Positions 1 through 9,846 of a DNA stretch of 64,000 bases are shown here, piece after piece (position 1 is the first letter of the stretch; every line of letters begins with the position of its first letter). The stretch is from Longimicrobiales bacterium (GTDB lineage: Bacteria; Gemmatimonadota; Gemmatimonadetes; Longimicrobiales; Gaopeijiaceae). The notes beneath the pieces were generated by a model, which searched no databases, was not told the DNA's origin, and saw nothing but the letters and a program-made list of their open reading frames with translations. Location: NCBI GenBank assembly GCA_965218295.1, contig CBDCKN010000009.1:448001-512000 (forward strand), read 5' to 3'. The position numbers were made by a program, and so were the translations under genes.

Positions 1-535
1 GTTCGGTTCACGGACAACTCGTCCGCGGACCTCCGTTACGGTCCACTGGATTCCCGTCCTGTAAGAGGGATTGAATGAGGGGACGGTAGTGTGGGGATGA
101 CCCATATCTATCGTAACAATAATGACTTATGAATATCATACTGCAGCTGATGCAGGAATGGGCCGACTATCTGGACCAGCTTAGGGGCGGTGAGGAGCTG
201 GAGGCCAACGCAGCCGCGCTCTACGGCTTTGGGAAGCCCCGGGCGTTCGTCGGCTGAGATCCCTTGGAGAGGTAGATCCAGCGCCCGAAGAACTGACCCC
301 GGCCCAGCGAACACGGCAGGAGAGGAACGCGTAGGCTCAGGTGCAGAGCAGCTGCAGCGGTTTGAGTGCGAGGTGCACAGCCTTCCCGTGGGATCCGAGG
401 TTGAGCGCCGCGAACCGTGTTCGCGAGAGGCCTCGAGCGCGAGAAGCCCGGAGCAGACCGTTGCTGTATTCTGGAGAAGCGTGTCTTTTCCTAAGTTCGA
501 CCGGGCGCGTCGAAATACCATCCAGAAGGAGTACC

Positions 536-1687
536 GTGCATCACATTCGTTGGGAACTTGAAGCGCTTCGCGAGGCAGCTTTGAGCGCTGATCCGGTAAC
601 AGGTCTTACTCACGGATTCTATCGTTACCCGGCCCGATTCTCTCCTCAGCTTGCGAGAGCAGCCATCCGACTCTTTTCGGAGCCAGGCCAGTTGGTGTTG
701 GACCCGTTTTCCGGCGGGGGCACTACCGTTGTGGAGGCGGCGGCGATGGGTCGGAGAGTGGTCGGTACCGATATCAGCGAACTGGCCACTTTCCTTGCGA
801 GGTTGAAGACGGCCCGCGTTCCACCTCGCGCTGCGACTGTGCTCCGTGCCTGGGCTCAGGATACGGTTCCCCTGCTTCGTTACCGCGACCCGGTTAGCGA
901 GTCGAGCCAACCGCCCCCGGGAACCGATCGGAATCTCTGCGGGCCGGCTACGCGCGCGATCCGTAAGCTGATCGGAGTTGCTCTCTCGAGCATTCCCAAT
1001 GATCCCGATCCGACCGTGGAGACAATCGCGCGTGGGGCTATCCTGGGCACAGCGCAGTGGGCGATAGATGGGCGTCGACAAGTTGCCGAGGTGGGTGCCT
1101 ACCGCAGCCGCCTCCAAGCTACCGTCCACAAGATGCTGGATGATCTCCGACTTCTGTGGGAGCGAGGGGAAGCCGTTGGCGCCAAGACTCCGTACCTCGC
1201 TACCGCAGACGCTCTCCGCGTGGGCTCCGTGTCTCCCCTTGCGGATGGTACGGTTGTCGACCTCGTGGTAACTAGCCCTCCGTACCCTGGGATCCACGTT
1301 CTCTATCACCGCTGGCAGACCGGAGGGGGCAAGGAGACCGCCACCCCGTTTTGGATCGCAGCCGCGAGAGACGGGAAAGGGGAGTCCCACTACACGATGG
1401 GTGGCCGCCGCAGCCGCACCTACTTCGAACGGCTTGGCGTGAGAATGACGGCCATTCGGGAGGTGATGCGGGACGGCGCCTTCCTTGTTCAGGTCGTGGG
1501 TTTCTCCCGACCCGCGGTGCAGTTGAAGCTGTACTTAGAGACCATGCAGGCTAGCGGGTTCATTGAGACACCTCAGCTAGAGGGCGCCAGAATCTGGCGC
1601 GATGTGCCCGGGCGCCGGTGGTACGCGGCCCAACGCCGTGCAACGCCCGCGGCTCGAGAGGTCGTCCTGGTGCACCAAGCGGGCTAG
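536..1687 (+). CDS. Site-specific DNA methyltransferase (amino-MTase, probably N4-cytosine; motif I before motif IV)
   Basis: THGFYRYPARF, DPFSGGGT (SAM-binding motif I) and VTSPPY (catalytic motif IV). GTG at 536 is in frame with ORF 341..1687 and follows an AGAAGGAG RBS. Confidence 0.9.
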   Translation: MHHIRWELEALREAALSADPVTGLTHGFYRYPARFSPQLARAAIRLFSEPGQLVLDPFSGGGTTVVEAAAMGRRVVGTDISELATFLARLKTARVPPRAATVLRAWAQDTVPLLRYRDPVSESSQPPPGTDRNLCGPATRAIRKLIGVALSSIPNDPDPTVETIARGAILGTAQWAIDGRRQVAEVGAYRSRLQATVHKMLDDLRLLWERGEAVGAKTPYLATADALRVGSVSPLADGTVVDLVVTSPPYPGIHVLYHRWQTGGGKETATPFWIAAARDGKGESHYTMGGRRSRTYFERLGVRMTAIREVMRDGAFLVQVVGFSRPAVQLKLYLETMQASGFIETPQLEGARIWRDVPGRRWYAAQRRATPAAREVVLVHQAG

Positions 1688-1691
1688 GCTC

Positions 1692-4211
1692 CTAGTCATC
1701 GTCGCCGACCCCACCCGCTGAGACCTCGTCGGGGCTTAGGGAACCGAGGAAGTCGATCATCGGAAGAAGGAAGGGGGCCAACGCCCTCGTGGTGGAAGCC
1801 ACACGATCTTCCGGCGACTCAGTCGGTTCGGTCCCGTTCTCGTGGTTCGTGCGTGAATCGTTCAGGAGTCCGAGTCCCAGAAGCACATTGGCGAACACGA
1901 ACTTCGCCTCGGCGACCATCGGGTCCTCGCGGCTACTCTTCAGGTCTGTCTCGAAGGACCTGTTAGATGTGTTCACGTAGAACGTTAGCTCGGAGCCGTT
2001 CTCCGGATGCCCGGGGTCGGAGTCATCTACCACCTTACATCCTGTGAAGTGGTCGAATTGGTGGTCTTGCCAGAGCTGGTCGCCCTCCTTCACTAGATGG
2101 ATCTGCGGCAACTGGATCCCTGCGTCCTTGTTCTTCCCCTTCCCACCGTGCCCCCCGCCGCTTTTCGTCGGATCGTTCAAATCGCGCCGCCTATCACGCT
2201 TGCCCTTTCCAGGCTTCCGCTGAGTTGTCGGCAATACGGTAATCACAGCGATCTTCACGAAGGGCTCGATCAGGGTATCGTCCGTAACTGTGCACTGGAC
2301 CGTCAGCTCGTCACCGACGTCAAGTTCGTCGGGGAGGCTGATGCTCCAGTTGGCCACTCCATCGTACAGAACGAGGTTATGCGATAGATCGAGTCCCTCC
2401 ACGGGGCCGTCAAGCACCTCGACGTAGTAGTGACCGGGAACCGACGCCCGCTTGAAATAGTCATTCACCACGTCTGTTTCGAACTTGATCCGACATCTCC
2501 GCCCAGTCTCCGCCGATCGGTGGATTGAGTCGGCCTCGGGCGTCCTCACGAAACGAAAGAAGGTAGGATGGGGCTTCCCCACGAACCCCCCGCCCAGGCC
2601 CGTCCCACTCGCAGATCCGCCTTCCTCGCCCGCTCGATGGGGCCGGTTCAGCCGTTGTCCCTGGAGGAACAGCCGGTTGAGGCTAGGAGAGGTCCGCAAG
2701 ATTGTTCCGAGTACATCCTCCAACGGCTTGGAGTCTTCGAGTCTCTGGGCGATCTCGTTCGCCCTACGGCGTTCACGAAGCTCCTTGAGGCCGTGATGGC
2801 GTCCGATCAGGTCCTCCAGCTCCTCTTCGATTGCCTTCCGGAGCTCTCCATTGCTCAACCGGTCGCGGCTGTTCATGAAGAGGTCCTCGCGCGCGTCTAC
2901 CGACAATCGCGAGCAGTCGACAGCTATTAACAGTGAGTCGCCCAGCCGTCCCATTTTCACTTTTTTCCGGCTGAAGAAGGTCTTCGACAACGCCGCATGA
3001 GTTTGGCCAGTGATCGTGAAGATGATGCCCTCGGTTGAGCGGTACGTGTCTGCCTTTCCGGATTTGAACGCGTAGATCTCGACCGTGAGATCCTCCCCGG
3101 CAACCCGAGCCGACGCCGACGTAGGGAAGCCCTCTTCGAGGTTCTGGCCCCGATTGGCTTCCAGCCGCGCAGAGAGGCCAACCAACGTCGTCTCAAAGCT
3201 CCTCGCCGCCTCACCTCGGTAGGCCCGACACTCATGGACCCGAACGGGCAGCGCAATGCCTGGGAGCATGAGTTCGAGTCGACCTAAGAGCCCGGCCTTC
3301 ATGAACGCGTGGCTGCCGAATCCCTTCATGTCGTACTCATAGAGCTTCAGCACTGAACCCCAATCGAGCGGCCGGGCGTAGGGGATGTTCTTGTCGGGGA
3401 GAGCATCGATACTTGGCGCTGAGAAGTGCAGCACCTCGCCACCGTTCGAGCTCTCTTCAGCTCCCGCCGACGCTAGGTAACGGTAGACCGAATTGCGGAC
3501 TTCCCCGGCCCCATGGGTCGGACGTACTCGTCGGACGACGGTGAACCCCCAGGCAGCCTCTGGTCCGCTCATGCCCCCGGAGATCTCAGGACATCTCCGA
3601 CTAATGATCAGCTGAAGACCCTCGCGGCCGCAGAACTTGAGGGCGCCGGTTCCACCCATGTTGAACTTCCCCTGAACGAACGGGATCCGCAGCTTGTTCT
3701 CGCGGTCGATCGATAGGAACGTATCCGGCATCTTTGCCGGTGTTTGTCCCTCCCCGAGGTCCACGATCGTGATCGAGGTGCCCCCCTCCTGCTTGGGCTT
3801 CGATCCCGTGACAGCGAGGGTGATACTGCGGGACTGTTCGAGCTGCCTCTTGGGAGACCAGAACCGGAGGTCTCCGGCTTCCTCACCGAGCGGCTCGACG
3901 CCCTCGATGAACGTCGCGACCGCCTCCCGCACCGACTGAGGCGCCTCGGCCGAACTCGGGTCGATGCCCCTCTCGAGGCACTCTTTCATCAACCGGGCGT
4001 CCACGGAGTTGACGATCTTTTCGACGAGAGCGGCCTCCGGTCGGCTCTGCTGATTCCCGATCACCGAGAAGTTCCCGTCGCGGTCCCCGTAGAGCCGCCA
4101 GTTCTTGGGATTGTCCCACAGGTCATGCTTCCGGAGGATCGCAATCACATCTGATTCTGAGTCTGCGTGGAGAAGTGAGAGCGCGAGCGCGTGTTTCGTG
4201 TCGTTAGTCAT
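1692..4211 (-). CDS. GHKL (Hsp90/MORC-like) ATPase domain protein, 839 aa
   Basis: GHKL motifs near the N-terminus: EKIVNSVDA (N box), DLGEG (G1), GKFNMGG (G2). Long uncharacterised C-terminal part. Start overlaps the stop of the upstream gene. Confidence 0.8.
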   Translation of the reverse strand: MTNDTKHALALSLLHADSESDVIAILRKHDLWDNPKNWRLYGDRDGNFSVIGNQQSRPEAALVEKIVNSVDARLMKECLERGIDPSSAEAPQSVREAVATFIEGVEPLGEEAGDLRFWSPKRQLEQSRSITLAVTGSKPKQEGGTSITIVDLGEGQTPAKMPDTFLSIDRENKLRIPFVQGKFNMGGTGALKFCGREGLQLIISRRCPEISGGMSGPEAAWGFTVVRRVRPTHGAGEVRNSVYRYLASAGAEESSNGGEVLHFSAPSIDALPDKNIPYARPLDWGSVLKLYEYDMKGFGSHAFMKAGLLGRLELMLPGIALPVRVHECRAYRGEAARSFETTLVGLSARLEANRGQNLEEGFPTSASARVAGEDLTVEIYAFKSGKADTYRSTEGIIFTITGQTHAALSKTFFSRKKVKMGRLGDSLLIAVDCSRLSVDAREDLFMNSRDRLSNGELRKAIEEELEDLIGRHHGLKELRERRRANEIAQRLEDSKPLEDVLGTILRTSPSLNRLFLQGQRLNRPHRAGEEGGSASGTGLGGGFVGKPHPTFFRFVRTPEADSIHRSAETGRRCRIKFETDVVNDYFKRASVPGHYYVEVLDGPVEGLDLSHNLVLYDGVANWSISLPDELDVGDELTVQCTVTDDTLIEPFVKIAVITVLPTTQRKPGKGKRDRRRDLNDPTKSGGGHGGKGKNKDAGIQLPQIHLVKEGDQLWQDHQFDHFTGCKVVDDSDPGHPENGSELTFYVNTSNRSFETDLKSSREDPMVAEAKFVFANVLLGLGLLNDSRTNHENGTEPTESPEDRVASTTRALAPFLLPMIDFLGSLSPDEVSAGGVGDDD

Positions 4212-4848
4212 CGATCAATGCTCCTTCCGAGGCTGGATCCCCACCCAGCTGGGCCCAATGTTCCTTCACGGCGGCAACGGTTAGACGCTCAGGAATGGGG
4301 ACATAGCCTCCGCGCCCTACCTTCTCCACCGCTTTGCAGGCTCGCAGCCAGGCCACCACTAGATAGACCTGATAGGAGGGGACCTCCGTTCCGTCTTCGT
4401 CGCGAACCGGAGTCAGTGCGTCCATCGAGAACTCACTCGACCCCAACCTCTGAAGAGCAGACACTACGGCCGACACCGCGAACGTCAGCGCCCGATGCTC
4501 GTATTCGGTACGGTCCCTCCTTGACCACCCGATCTTCACTAGTCGGTCGCCATCACGAACGAACTTCGGGTAAGTCTCCGCCCGCCCGCCCCGACCGTTA
4601 TCCGCCGGCCGCCCTCGGATCGAGTCGTCCGCTTCGGAATGCGTCACAGCCTTGGCTCGGACAGTGCCTCTCGCGGGCGCCCTCTCGTCCCCGCCCATGG
4701 ATTGGATCAGTTCCTGAACTTGCTGTGAAACTGAGGCTAGCTCGGCCACATCAGAGTATTCCCGGTCCTTCAGCGCCTTCTGAAGTCGCGAGGTGAGCTG
4801 GTCTTCAGCCCGCGTAAGCACGCCTACGATATCATCTCGTATCGCCAC
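4204..4848 (-). CDS. Hypothetical protein, possible C-terminal winged-helix DNA-binding domain
   Basis: GTG at 4848 follows a GGGAGG RBS and is in frame with ORF 4204..4923. Overlaps the ATPase start by 8 bp. The C-terminus (QVYLVVAWL..VEKVGRGGY) looks like helix plus wing (inference). Confidence 0.65.
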   Translation of the reverse strand: MAIRDDIVGVLTRAEDQLTSRLQKALKDREYSDVAELASVSQQVQELIQSMGGDERAPARGTVRAKAVTHSEADDSIRGRPADNGRGGRAETYPKFVRDGDRLVKIGWSRRDRTEYEHRALTFAVSAVVSALQRLGSSEFSMDALTPVRDEDGTEVPSYQVYLVVAWLRACKAVEKVGRGGYVPIPERLTVAAVKEHWAQLGGDPASEGALIDD

Positions 4849-5219
4849 GCTGCCCTCCCTGTGAGCATAAAATTCTACGGTATAACGTACAGGAGGATAG
4901 TGTGCGTGCAACCCCGTGCCCATAGATACGAGTATAGGGCAGATTAGGGTGTGCGGGCCTGAAGCCTTCGGAAGCCTCGTCGCTCCGGGCCTCGTTCATT
5001 GCCTAGTGCCTGCCCCTACCAGCTCCAACCAAATAGCTTGTGCGACGCGCCTTCTGTACGGCGGGCGGCGAACCGCGGTCAGTAGCCAATCACGCACAAC
5101 GAGAACGGCATGGTGATGCGGGAGTGCCCGTAGAGTGCCTGAGCAACGGAGACGGTGTTCTCGTAGTCCTTGCTGGCTGTCACCCTTCCACTCGACTTGT
5201 AGCGGTAGAGAAGGGGCTT

Positions 5220-5241
5220 CAACATAGAGTCCAACATAGAG
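5220..5241. repeat. Tandem 10-bp direct repeat CAACATAGAG x2 (possible integrase arm-type sites)
   Basis: Copies at 5220-5229 and 5232-5241, about 65 bp beyond the tRNA 3' end. Confidence 0.5.
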
Positions 5242-5306
5242 ACCCCTTCTGCCCACCAGGCGAAGCGGTCTCACGTAACGCTATATATCACACCGCTTTA
5301 CCTCAG

Positions 5307-5379
5307 TGGAGCCAGCCGGGATCGAACCGGCGACCTCTGGCTTGCAAAGCCAGCGCTCTCCCAACTGAGCTATGGCCCC
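5307..5379 (-). tRNA. tRNA-Ala (UGC)
   Basis: Reverse complement GGGGCCATAGCTCAGTTGGGAGAGCGCTGGCTTTGCAAGCCAGAGGTCGCCGGTTCGATCCCGGCTGGCTCCA. Anticodon TGC, TTCGA T-loop, G3:U70 pair. CCA tail not encoded. Confidence 0.97.
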
Positions 5380-5863
5380 TCTTCGCGATCGGTGTCGTCC
5401 GGAGAGCTCGACTTGACGAGCCTCCGCTGGAAAGCCGCACAAAGATAGTTCAGAAGGCTTCCCGCTCAACCTTCCGAGGAGATCGTCATTTTGAAGCCGT
5501 CCGGGTCCACCAGGCTGAAGGCTCGCCCACCCCAGGGCATGTCGGCGGGTGGGGACTCCAGCGTGCCGCCCCGCTCCTCGATCCCAGCCGCGATCTCGTC
5601 CACGTCGCCGGCCGTGGCGAGGTGGAGCCGGAACCCCTCACCCTTCCCACGGTCGCGGCCCTTGGCCCAATCGTCCTGTCCAAGGAAGAGGTGGGCCGCT
5701 CCAGCCACGAGAGAGGCGCCCCCTAACTTGCCTTCGTGCTCCCAGGTCTCCTTCACATAGAAGCCCACCACGTCCCGATACCATGCGACGCTCGCGTCGA
5801 TGTCTCCGACCGTCAACGCAGGCGAGATGCTGCTAAGGCGAAGAGTGTCAGGGGTGCTGTGAT

Positions 5864-7241
5864 GAGCTAGGATCAAAGGGTGTGTAAAAAGAGAGGCGAC
5901 GTACCTTTCCGCTGAGTAATAACCAGCGAACTCCGGGTGACAGCCCGGGGGAAAGGAACGACGCCTCGTGAGGAAGAATACGGTGGGACCCGAGGGTGAG
6001 TCCAGGACGCCCGTGTGGGAAGTTCTGGAAGAAGTGGTTCGGGAGAAGGCGCAGGAGTTCATTCAACAGATCTTGGAGGAGGAAGTCACGGAGTTGCTAG
6101 GGCGAGAGAAGTCAGAGCGCAGGAGGGTGGTGGACGCGACCGAGGGCTACCGCAACGGATACGGCAAGCCGAGGCGGCTGGCGATGAGCTCGGGCACGAT
6201 CACACTCCGACGCCCTCGAGTTCGAGGCCTTGAGGAGCGGTTCGAGAGCCGCGTGCTGCCGTTGTTCGCGAGGCGGACGAAGGAGCTGGGCGCTCTGCTT
6301 CCGGAGCTGTATCTGCACGGACTGGCGGAGGGAGACTTCGAGTTGGCGATGCGGGGCCTGCTGGGCGAGGGGGCACCGCTGTCGAAGTCTTCGATTCGGC
6401 GGCTGCGGGCGGGATGGACGGCGGAGTTCGAGGAATGGAGCCAGCGTCGCCTGGAGGGTCGTGAGGTCGTCTACGTGTGGGCGGACGGGATCTATGTGAA
6501 GGCAGGGCTGGAGCGGGACAAAGCGGCGCTGCTGGTGGTGCTGGGTGCCATGCGAGACGGGACGAAAGAGGTGTTGGCCCTGAGAGCGGGCTACCGAGAG
6601 TCGGTCGAGTCCTGGTCCGAGGTGTTGCGGGACCTGAAGGCACGCGGCATCGAGGCGCCCCGGCTTCTGATGGCGGACGGTAACGCTGCGATCTGGGGCG
6701 CAGTACGGCAGGTATGGCCTGAGGCGGGTGAGCAACGGTGCTGGAACCACAAGATGAGGAACGTGCTGGACCGACTACCTCAGCGGGAGCAGGGCGAGGC
6801 GAAGGATCTTCTCCGGGCCGTGGTCTACGCACCGAGCCGGGCCGAGGCCCTGAAGGCCCGCGAGGTGTTCGCCCGACGCTATAGGCCGTGGTATCCGAAA
6901 GCAGTGGACGTACTCGAGGACGACTGGGAGCGGATGGTAGCGTTCTACGACTTCCCCGAGGACCACTGGAAGCATCTACGCACGACGAACGTGGTCGAGA
7001 GCCCGTTCGCCGCGGTACGGCTCAGGACGACAGCAGCGAAGCGGTTCAAGCGGGTCGAGAGCGCTACGGCGCTAATCTGGAAGTTGCTCTTGGTGGCTGA
7101 GAAGCGGTTCCGAAGGCTCGACGCTCCTCACCTCCTCAAGGACGTATTTGAAGGAAGAAAGTTCGAAGACGGAAAGCCCGTCTCACACCAACAGCGGAAG
7201 AACGCCGCCTAATACGTTTACACACCTATTGACCCAACCTC
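5864..7241 (+). mobile_element. IS256-family element type a, copy 1 (1378 bp)
   Basis: Imperfect TIRs GAGCTAGGATCAAAGGGTGTGTAAA / GAGGTTGGGTCAATAGGTGTGTAAA; 8-bp TSD GCTGTGAT (5856-5863, 7242-7249). Confidence 0.95.
5968..7212 (+). CDS. IS256 family (Mutator-type DDE) transposase
   Basis: YRNGY, WADGIY, ADG, QRCWNHK and RTTNVVES motifs. Confidence 0.95.
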   Translation: MRKNTVGPEGESRTPVWEVLEEVVREKAQEFIQQILEEEVTELLGREKSERRRVVDATEGYRNGYGKPRRLAMSSGTITLRRPRVRGLEERFESRVLPLFARRTKELGALLPELYLHGLAEGDFELAMRGLLGEGAPLSKSSIRRLRAGWTAEFEEWSQRRLEGREVVYVWADGIYVKAGLERDKAALLVVLGAMRDGTKEVLALRAGYRESVESWSEVLRDLKARGIEAPRLLMADGNAAIWGAVRQVWPEAGEQRCWNHKMRNVLDRLPQREQGEAKDLLRAVVYAPSRAEALKAREVFARRYRPWYPKAVDVLEDDWERMVAFYDFPEDHWKHLRTTNVVESPFAAVRLRTTAAKRFKRVESATALIWKLLLVAEKRFRRLDAPHLLKDVFEGRKFEDGKPVSHQQRKNAA

Positions 7242-7426
7242 GCTGTGATCTCTCCGGTCGAGTGGCACATCCGATTCGTTGCTCATGGGAGTCTCCATGC
7301 ATGCTCAGGTTGAGTCGGGCGCACGATCGGCAGCTCCCAAGATAGGCGCAAAAGGAGAATCCCGCCCGGGCTGTCGAGTGTGACCCACCCCGAGAGGAGT
7401 GACGGCTAGCCATGCTGGGTAGTCGG

Positions 7427-7942
7427 TCACGACGGAGGAGGTGCCGGCATCTCCCACGTATTGTTCTGTCCGACCCCCAGCGCCTTCTTCAACTGCACGA
7501 TCTGTCCGAGGTGGTACGCGTTGTGGTCCGCCAGGATCAGCGCCTCCCGGAGCAACGTGTGGCCCTCCTCGCTCCACGGAAGCGTCTCGAAGAGGTCCCT
7601 CGTGGGATCGGACACGAGGGCGATCATCTCCTGGAGCCCATTCTTGAAGGCAGCCACGCTCGTCTCCCACGCTTCCTCATCCTCGAGGGCGTCCGACTCG
7701 GGCCAATATCCATCCGGAAAGGCGAGAGAGGTGTGGTTCGGATCTCGGCTGTACTCCACCAGGTCGTCTTGGCAGATCCGGAGGTGCTCAAGCAGCTGCC
7801 AGATCGTATGCGGGTGGCCGAGTGGGCGAGCGCCGCGCTGATCGGGGGGCACACCGGCGATGCCGTCCTCCGGCGTGACGTGCGCCCAGCCGCTCGTGAG
7901 GAGCCTCACCAAGTGATCGCGAAGGGCCGTCTCGGTACTCAT
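7427..7942 (-). CDS. DinB family protein
   Basis: HTIWQLLEHLRI...YWP...LREALILADHNAYHLGQIV, the DinB metal-binding His pattern. Confidence 0.85.
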   Translation of the reverse strand: MSTETALRDHLVRLLTSGWAHVTPEDGIAGVPPDQRGARPLGHPHTIWQLLEHLRICQDDLVEYSRDPNHTSLAFPDGYWPESDALEDEEAWETSVAAFKNGLQEMIALVSDPTRDLFETLPWSEEGHTLLREALILADHNAYHLGQIVQLKKALGVGQNNTWEMPAPPPS

Positions 7943-8084
7943 GGAGCGCAAGATAAACGCCGTCCGTCCTGCGGGTCCACCGTCATCGCCGCGACTGGCG
8001 GCCTCGCTTTACGCCCCTTCCCCATCTCCACCGAAGACTCCATCCTGAGGGAAGGTGGGCAAGGACTGTGATCAGGACGTGTGA

Positions 8085-8645
8085 ATGGAAAAGGTCTTCA
8101 AAGCCATCGAGTTCGCTGTCCAGGCCCATGCCGGCCAATACCGTAAGGGACGGCGGGTCCCCTACATCTTCCATCCCATCGCCACCGCCTGGACGCTGGT
8201 GGAGTTGGGGTGCGGCGAGGACCTCCTGGCAGCCGCGGTGCTTCATGATACGGTCGAGGACACGCACGTGACCCTGGAGGATCTTCGCGGGGAGTTCGGC
8301 CCCGAAGTGGCCGACATCGTCGAGGGCTGCTCGGAGCCCGACAAGACCGCTCCCTGGGAGGAACGAAAGAGGCACACCATCGAGCACCTCCGGTCGGCCC
8401 CAATGGAGGTCGTTCTGGTGACCTGCGCCGACAAGCTCGACAACATCCGCGCCACCCGTGACGACCTGGCCGCGGTGGGAGAGGCGGCATGGTCCAAGTT
8501 CAGCCGCTCGAAGGAGCAGCAGGCGTGGTACTATCGCTCTCTGGTCCGGGCCTTCAACCAGAGAACTCAGGAGGAGCCGGGGACGATCCTGTTCAGGACC
8601 TTCGAGTCCGTGGTGCTCGAGGTCTTCGGGGAAGAGCCCGGGTAG
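8085..8645 (+). CDS. HD-domain protein, stand-alone RelA/SpoT-type hydrolase (SAH/Mesh1-like)
   Basis: HAGQYRK..PYIFHP, AAVLHDTVEDT, ADKLDN. No synthetase domain. Confidence 0.88.
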   Translation: MEKVFKAIEFAVQAHAGQYRKGRRVPYIFHPIATAWTLVELGCGEDLLAAAVLHDTVEDTHVTLEDLRGEFGPEVADIVEGCSEPDKTAPWEERKRHTIEHLRSAPMEVVLVTCADKLDNIRATRDDLAAVGEAAWSKFSRSKEQQAWYYRSLVRAFNQRTQEEPGTILFRTFESVVLEVFGEEPG

Positions 8646-8653
8646 GCGGTTCC

Positions 8654-8863
8654 TAGTGTGGTGTCCCAGAAGTTCGCGAGCCACCGAGAGTGCCGAGGCG
8701 CCGGATCCGGGGTACCCGCGCCGCTAGGCGTGGGTCGGGCGCGACGACGAGGAATAGCAACGCGGGCACCGCGGCCGAAGGCCGTGGTCCGAGGAGGAGG
8801 AACGCCGCAGGGCCGGATGCATCGGTGCTCGAATGGCCGAGACACTTCTGGGACACCACACTA
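8654..8863. mobile_element. MITE-like element, 210 bp, TA at both ends
   Basis: Perfect 20-bp inverted repeat TAGTGTGGTGTCCCAGAAGT / ACTTCTGGGACACCACACTA. No convincing CDS. Related copy at 19771-19936. Confidence 0.75.
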
Positions 8864-9799
8864 AGCCGGTGTGACCTCGGCGACCGAAAGGAACTCCACG
8901 CCCCACTCGGTCATGTCTCCCAGGCCCGCGGGCTCCAGGTAGCGCCGGCGGAGATCGTACCGGTCCCGCGGAGAGAGCACGCGGAATCCGTGCTCTTCCA
9001 GGAATCCCTCCAGGTGCTCCGGATTCGTGCCCCAGTGGAGCGGCTCCCCGATCACCCTCAGCGTGAGCCGCATTAGGCCGCTCAACCTGCCCACGTGGGG
9101 GCGGCCCTTTCTGTCGATCGCCAGATACGTGAACACGAGACGCGTACCCGCACCGCACCCGGATCGGATCGAGTTGAGAAACGTCACGACCTCCGCCTCA
9201 TGGATGTACATCAGGACCCCTTCGGCCACCACGACACTCCGGGCACCGCGATCCCACTCCAGAACGGCTGCCAGCGCTTCGGCGAGGGCAGCCGACGCGA
9301 GGTCGATGTCGAGGATGTGGAGGTTGGGTCGGTTGGCTCCCATATCGGCTATGGCGCGTCGCTTGAGGTTGGCCGTGGCGGGGCGGTCGACTTCCACGAA
9401 GGTGACGTCCGGGAACTCCGGAGCGAGCCGCTCGCAGAGCGTGTCTAACCCGGACCCCACGACCAGCACCTGGGTGGCGCCGTCGGCGATGCCGGCCCTG
9501 GTCTCATCGTCGACGAATCGCTTCCGGAGAGCACTCCCGGTCATCTGGCCGTTAATTGTGGCGCGTTCGAAGAAGGACACCAACCGTTGGAACCAGGGGT
9601 GGCCGTAAAGAGAGACCATCCAAGGCTTGAGGAGTCCGGCCTCGAGCAAGAGGTGTGAGGTTGTTTGGGCAGCGCCTGGCGGGAGGAGCTTGGCCTTCAC
9701 CGGGTCCTCTCCGAGAAAGACGAGGCCTCGGGCGATCTTGACGGCGGTGTGACTGGGGCGGCGATCAACCTGCCTTGAGGAGGCGCTCCAATCTCGCAT
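8861..9799 (-). CDS. Class I SAM-dependent methyltransferase (leucine carboxyl methyltransferase-like)
   Basis: RKRFVD, QVLVVGSGLDT, FVEVD, AEGVLMY motifs. Confidence 0.88.
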   Translation of the reverse strand: MRDWSASSRQVDRRPSHTAVKIARGLVFLGEDPVKAKLLPPGAAQTTSHLLLEAGLLKPWMVSLYGHPWFQRLVSFFERATINGQMTGSALRKRFVDDETRAGIADGATQVLVVGSGLDTLCERLAPEFPDVTFVEVDRPATANLKRRAIADMGANRPNLHILDIDLASAALAEALAAVLEWDRGARSVVVAEGVLMYIHEAEVVTFLNSIRSGCGAGTRLVFTYLAIDRKGRPHVGRLSGLMRLTLRVIGEPLHWGTNPEHLEGFLEEHGFRVLSPRDRYDLRRRYLEPAGLGDMTEWGVEFLSVAEVTPA

Positions 9800-9846
9800 T
9801 CAAAACCTCTTTGCCCGCGGGCGTCCGGAAACCGTCGGGTCGCGAC

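Larger units (their letters stand above)
5466..7286 (-). pseudogene. VOC/glyoxalase family protein interrupted by IS256
   Basis: VOC motifs (VAWYRDVVGF; DMPWGGRAFSLVDPDG). Removing the IS and one TSD copy restores MSNESDVPLDRRDHSTPDTLRL... from ATG 7286, which has a GGAG RBS. Confidence 0.85.

Noticed and set aside
108..561. Short ORFs at the window start and the many Arg/Pro-rich overlapping ORFs elsewhere
   Set aside because: Shadow frames of high-GC genes with no motifs or RBS.
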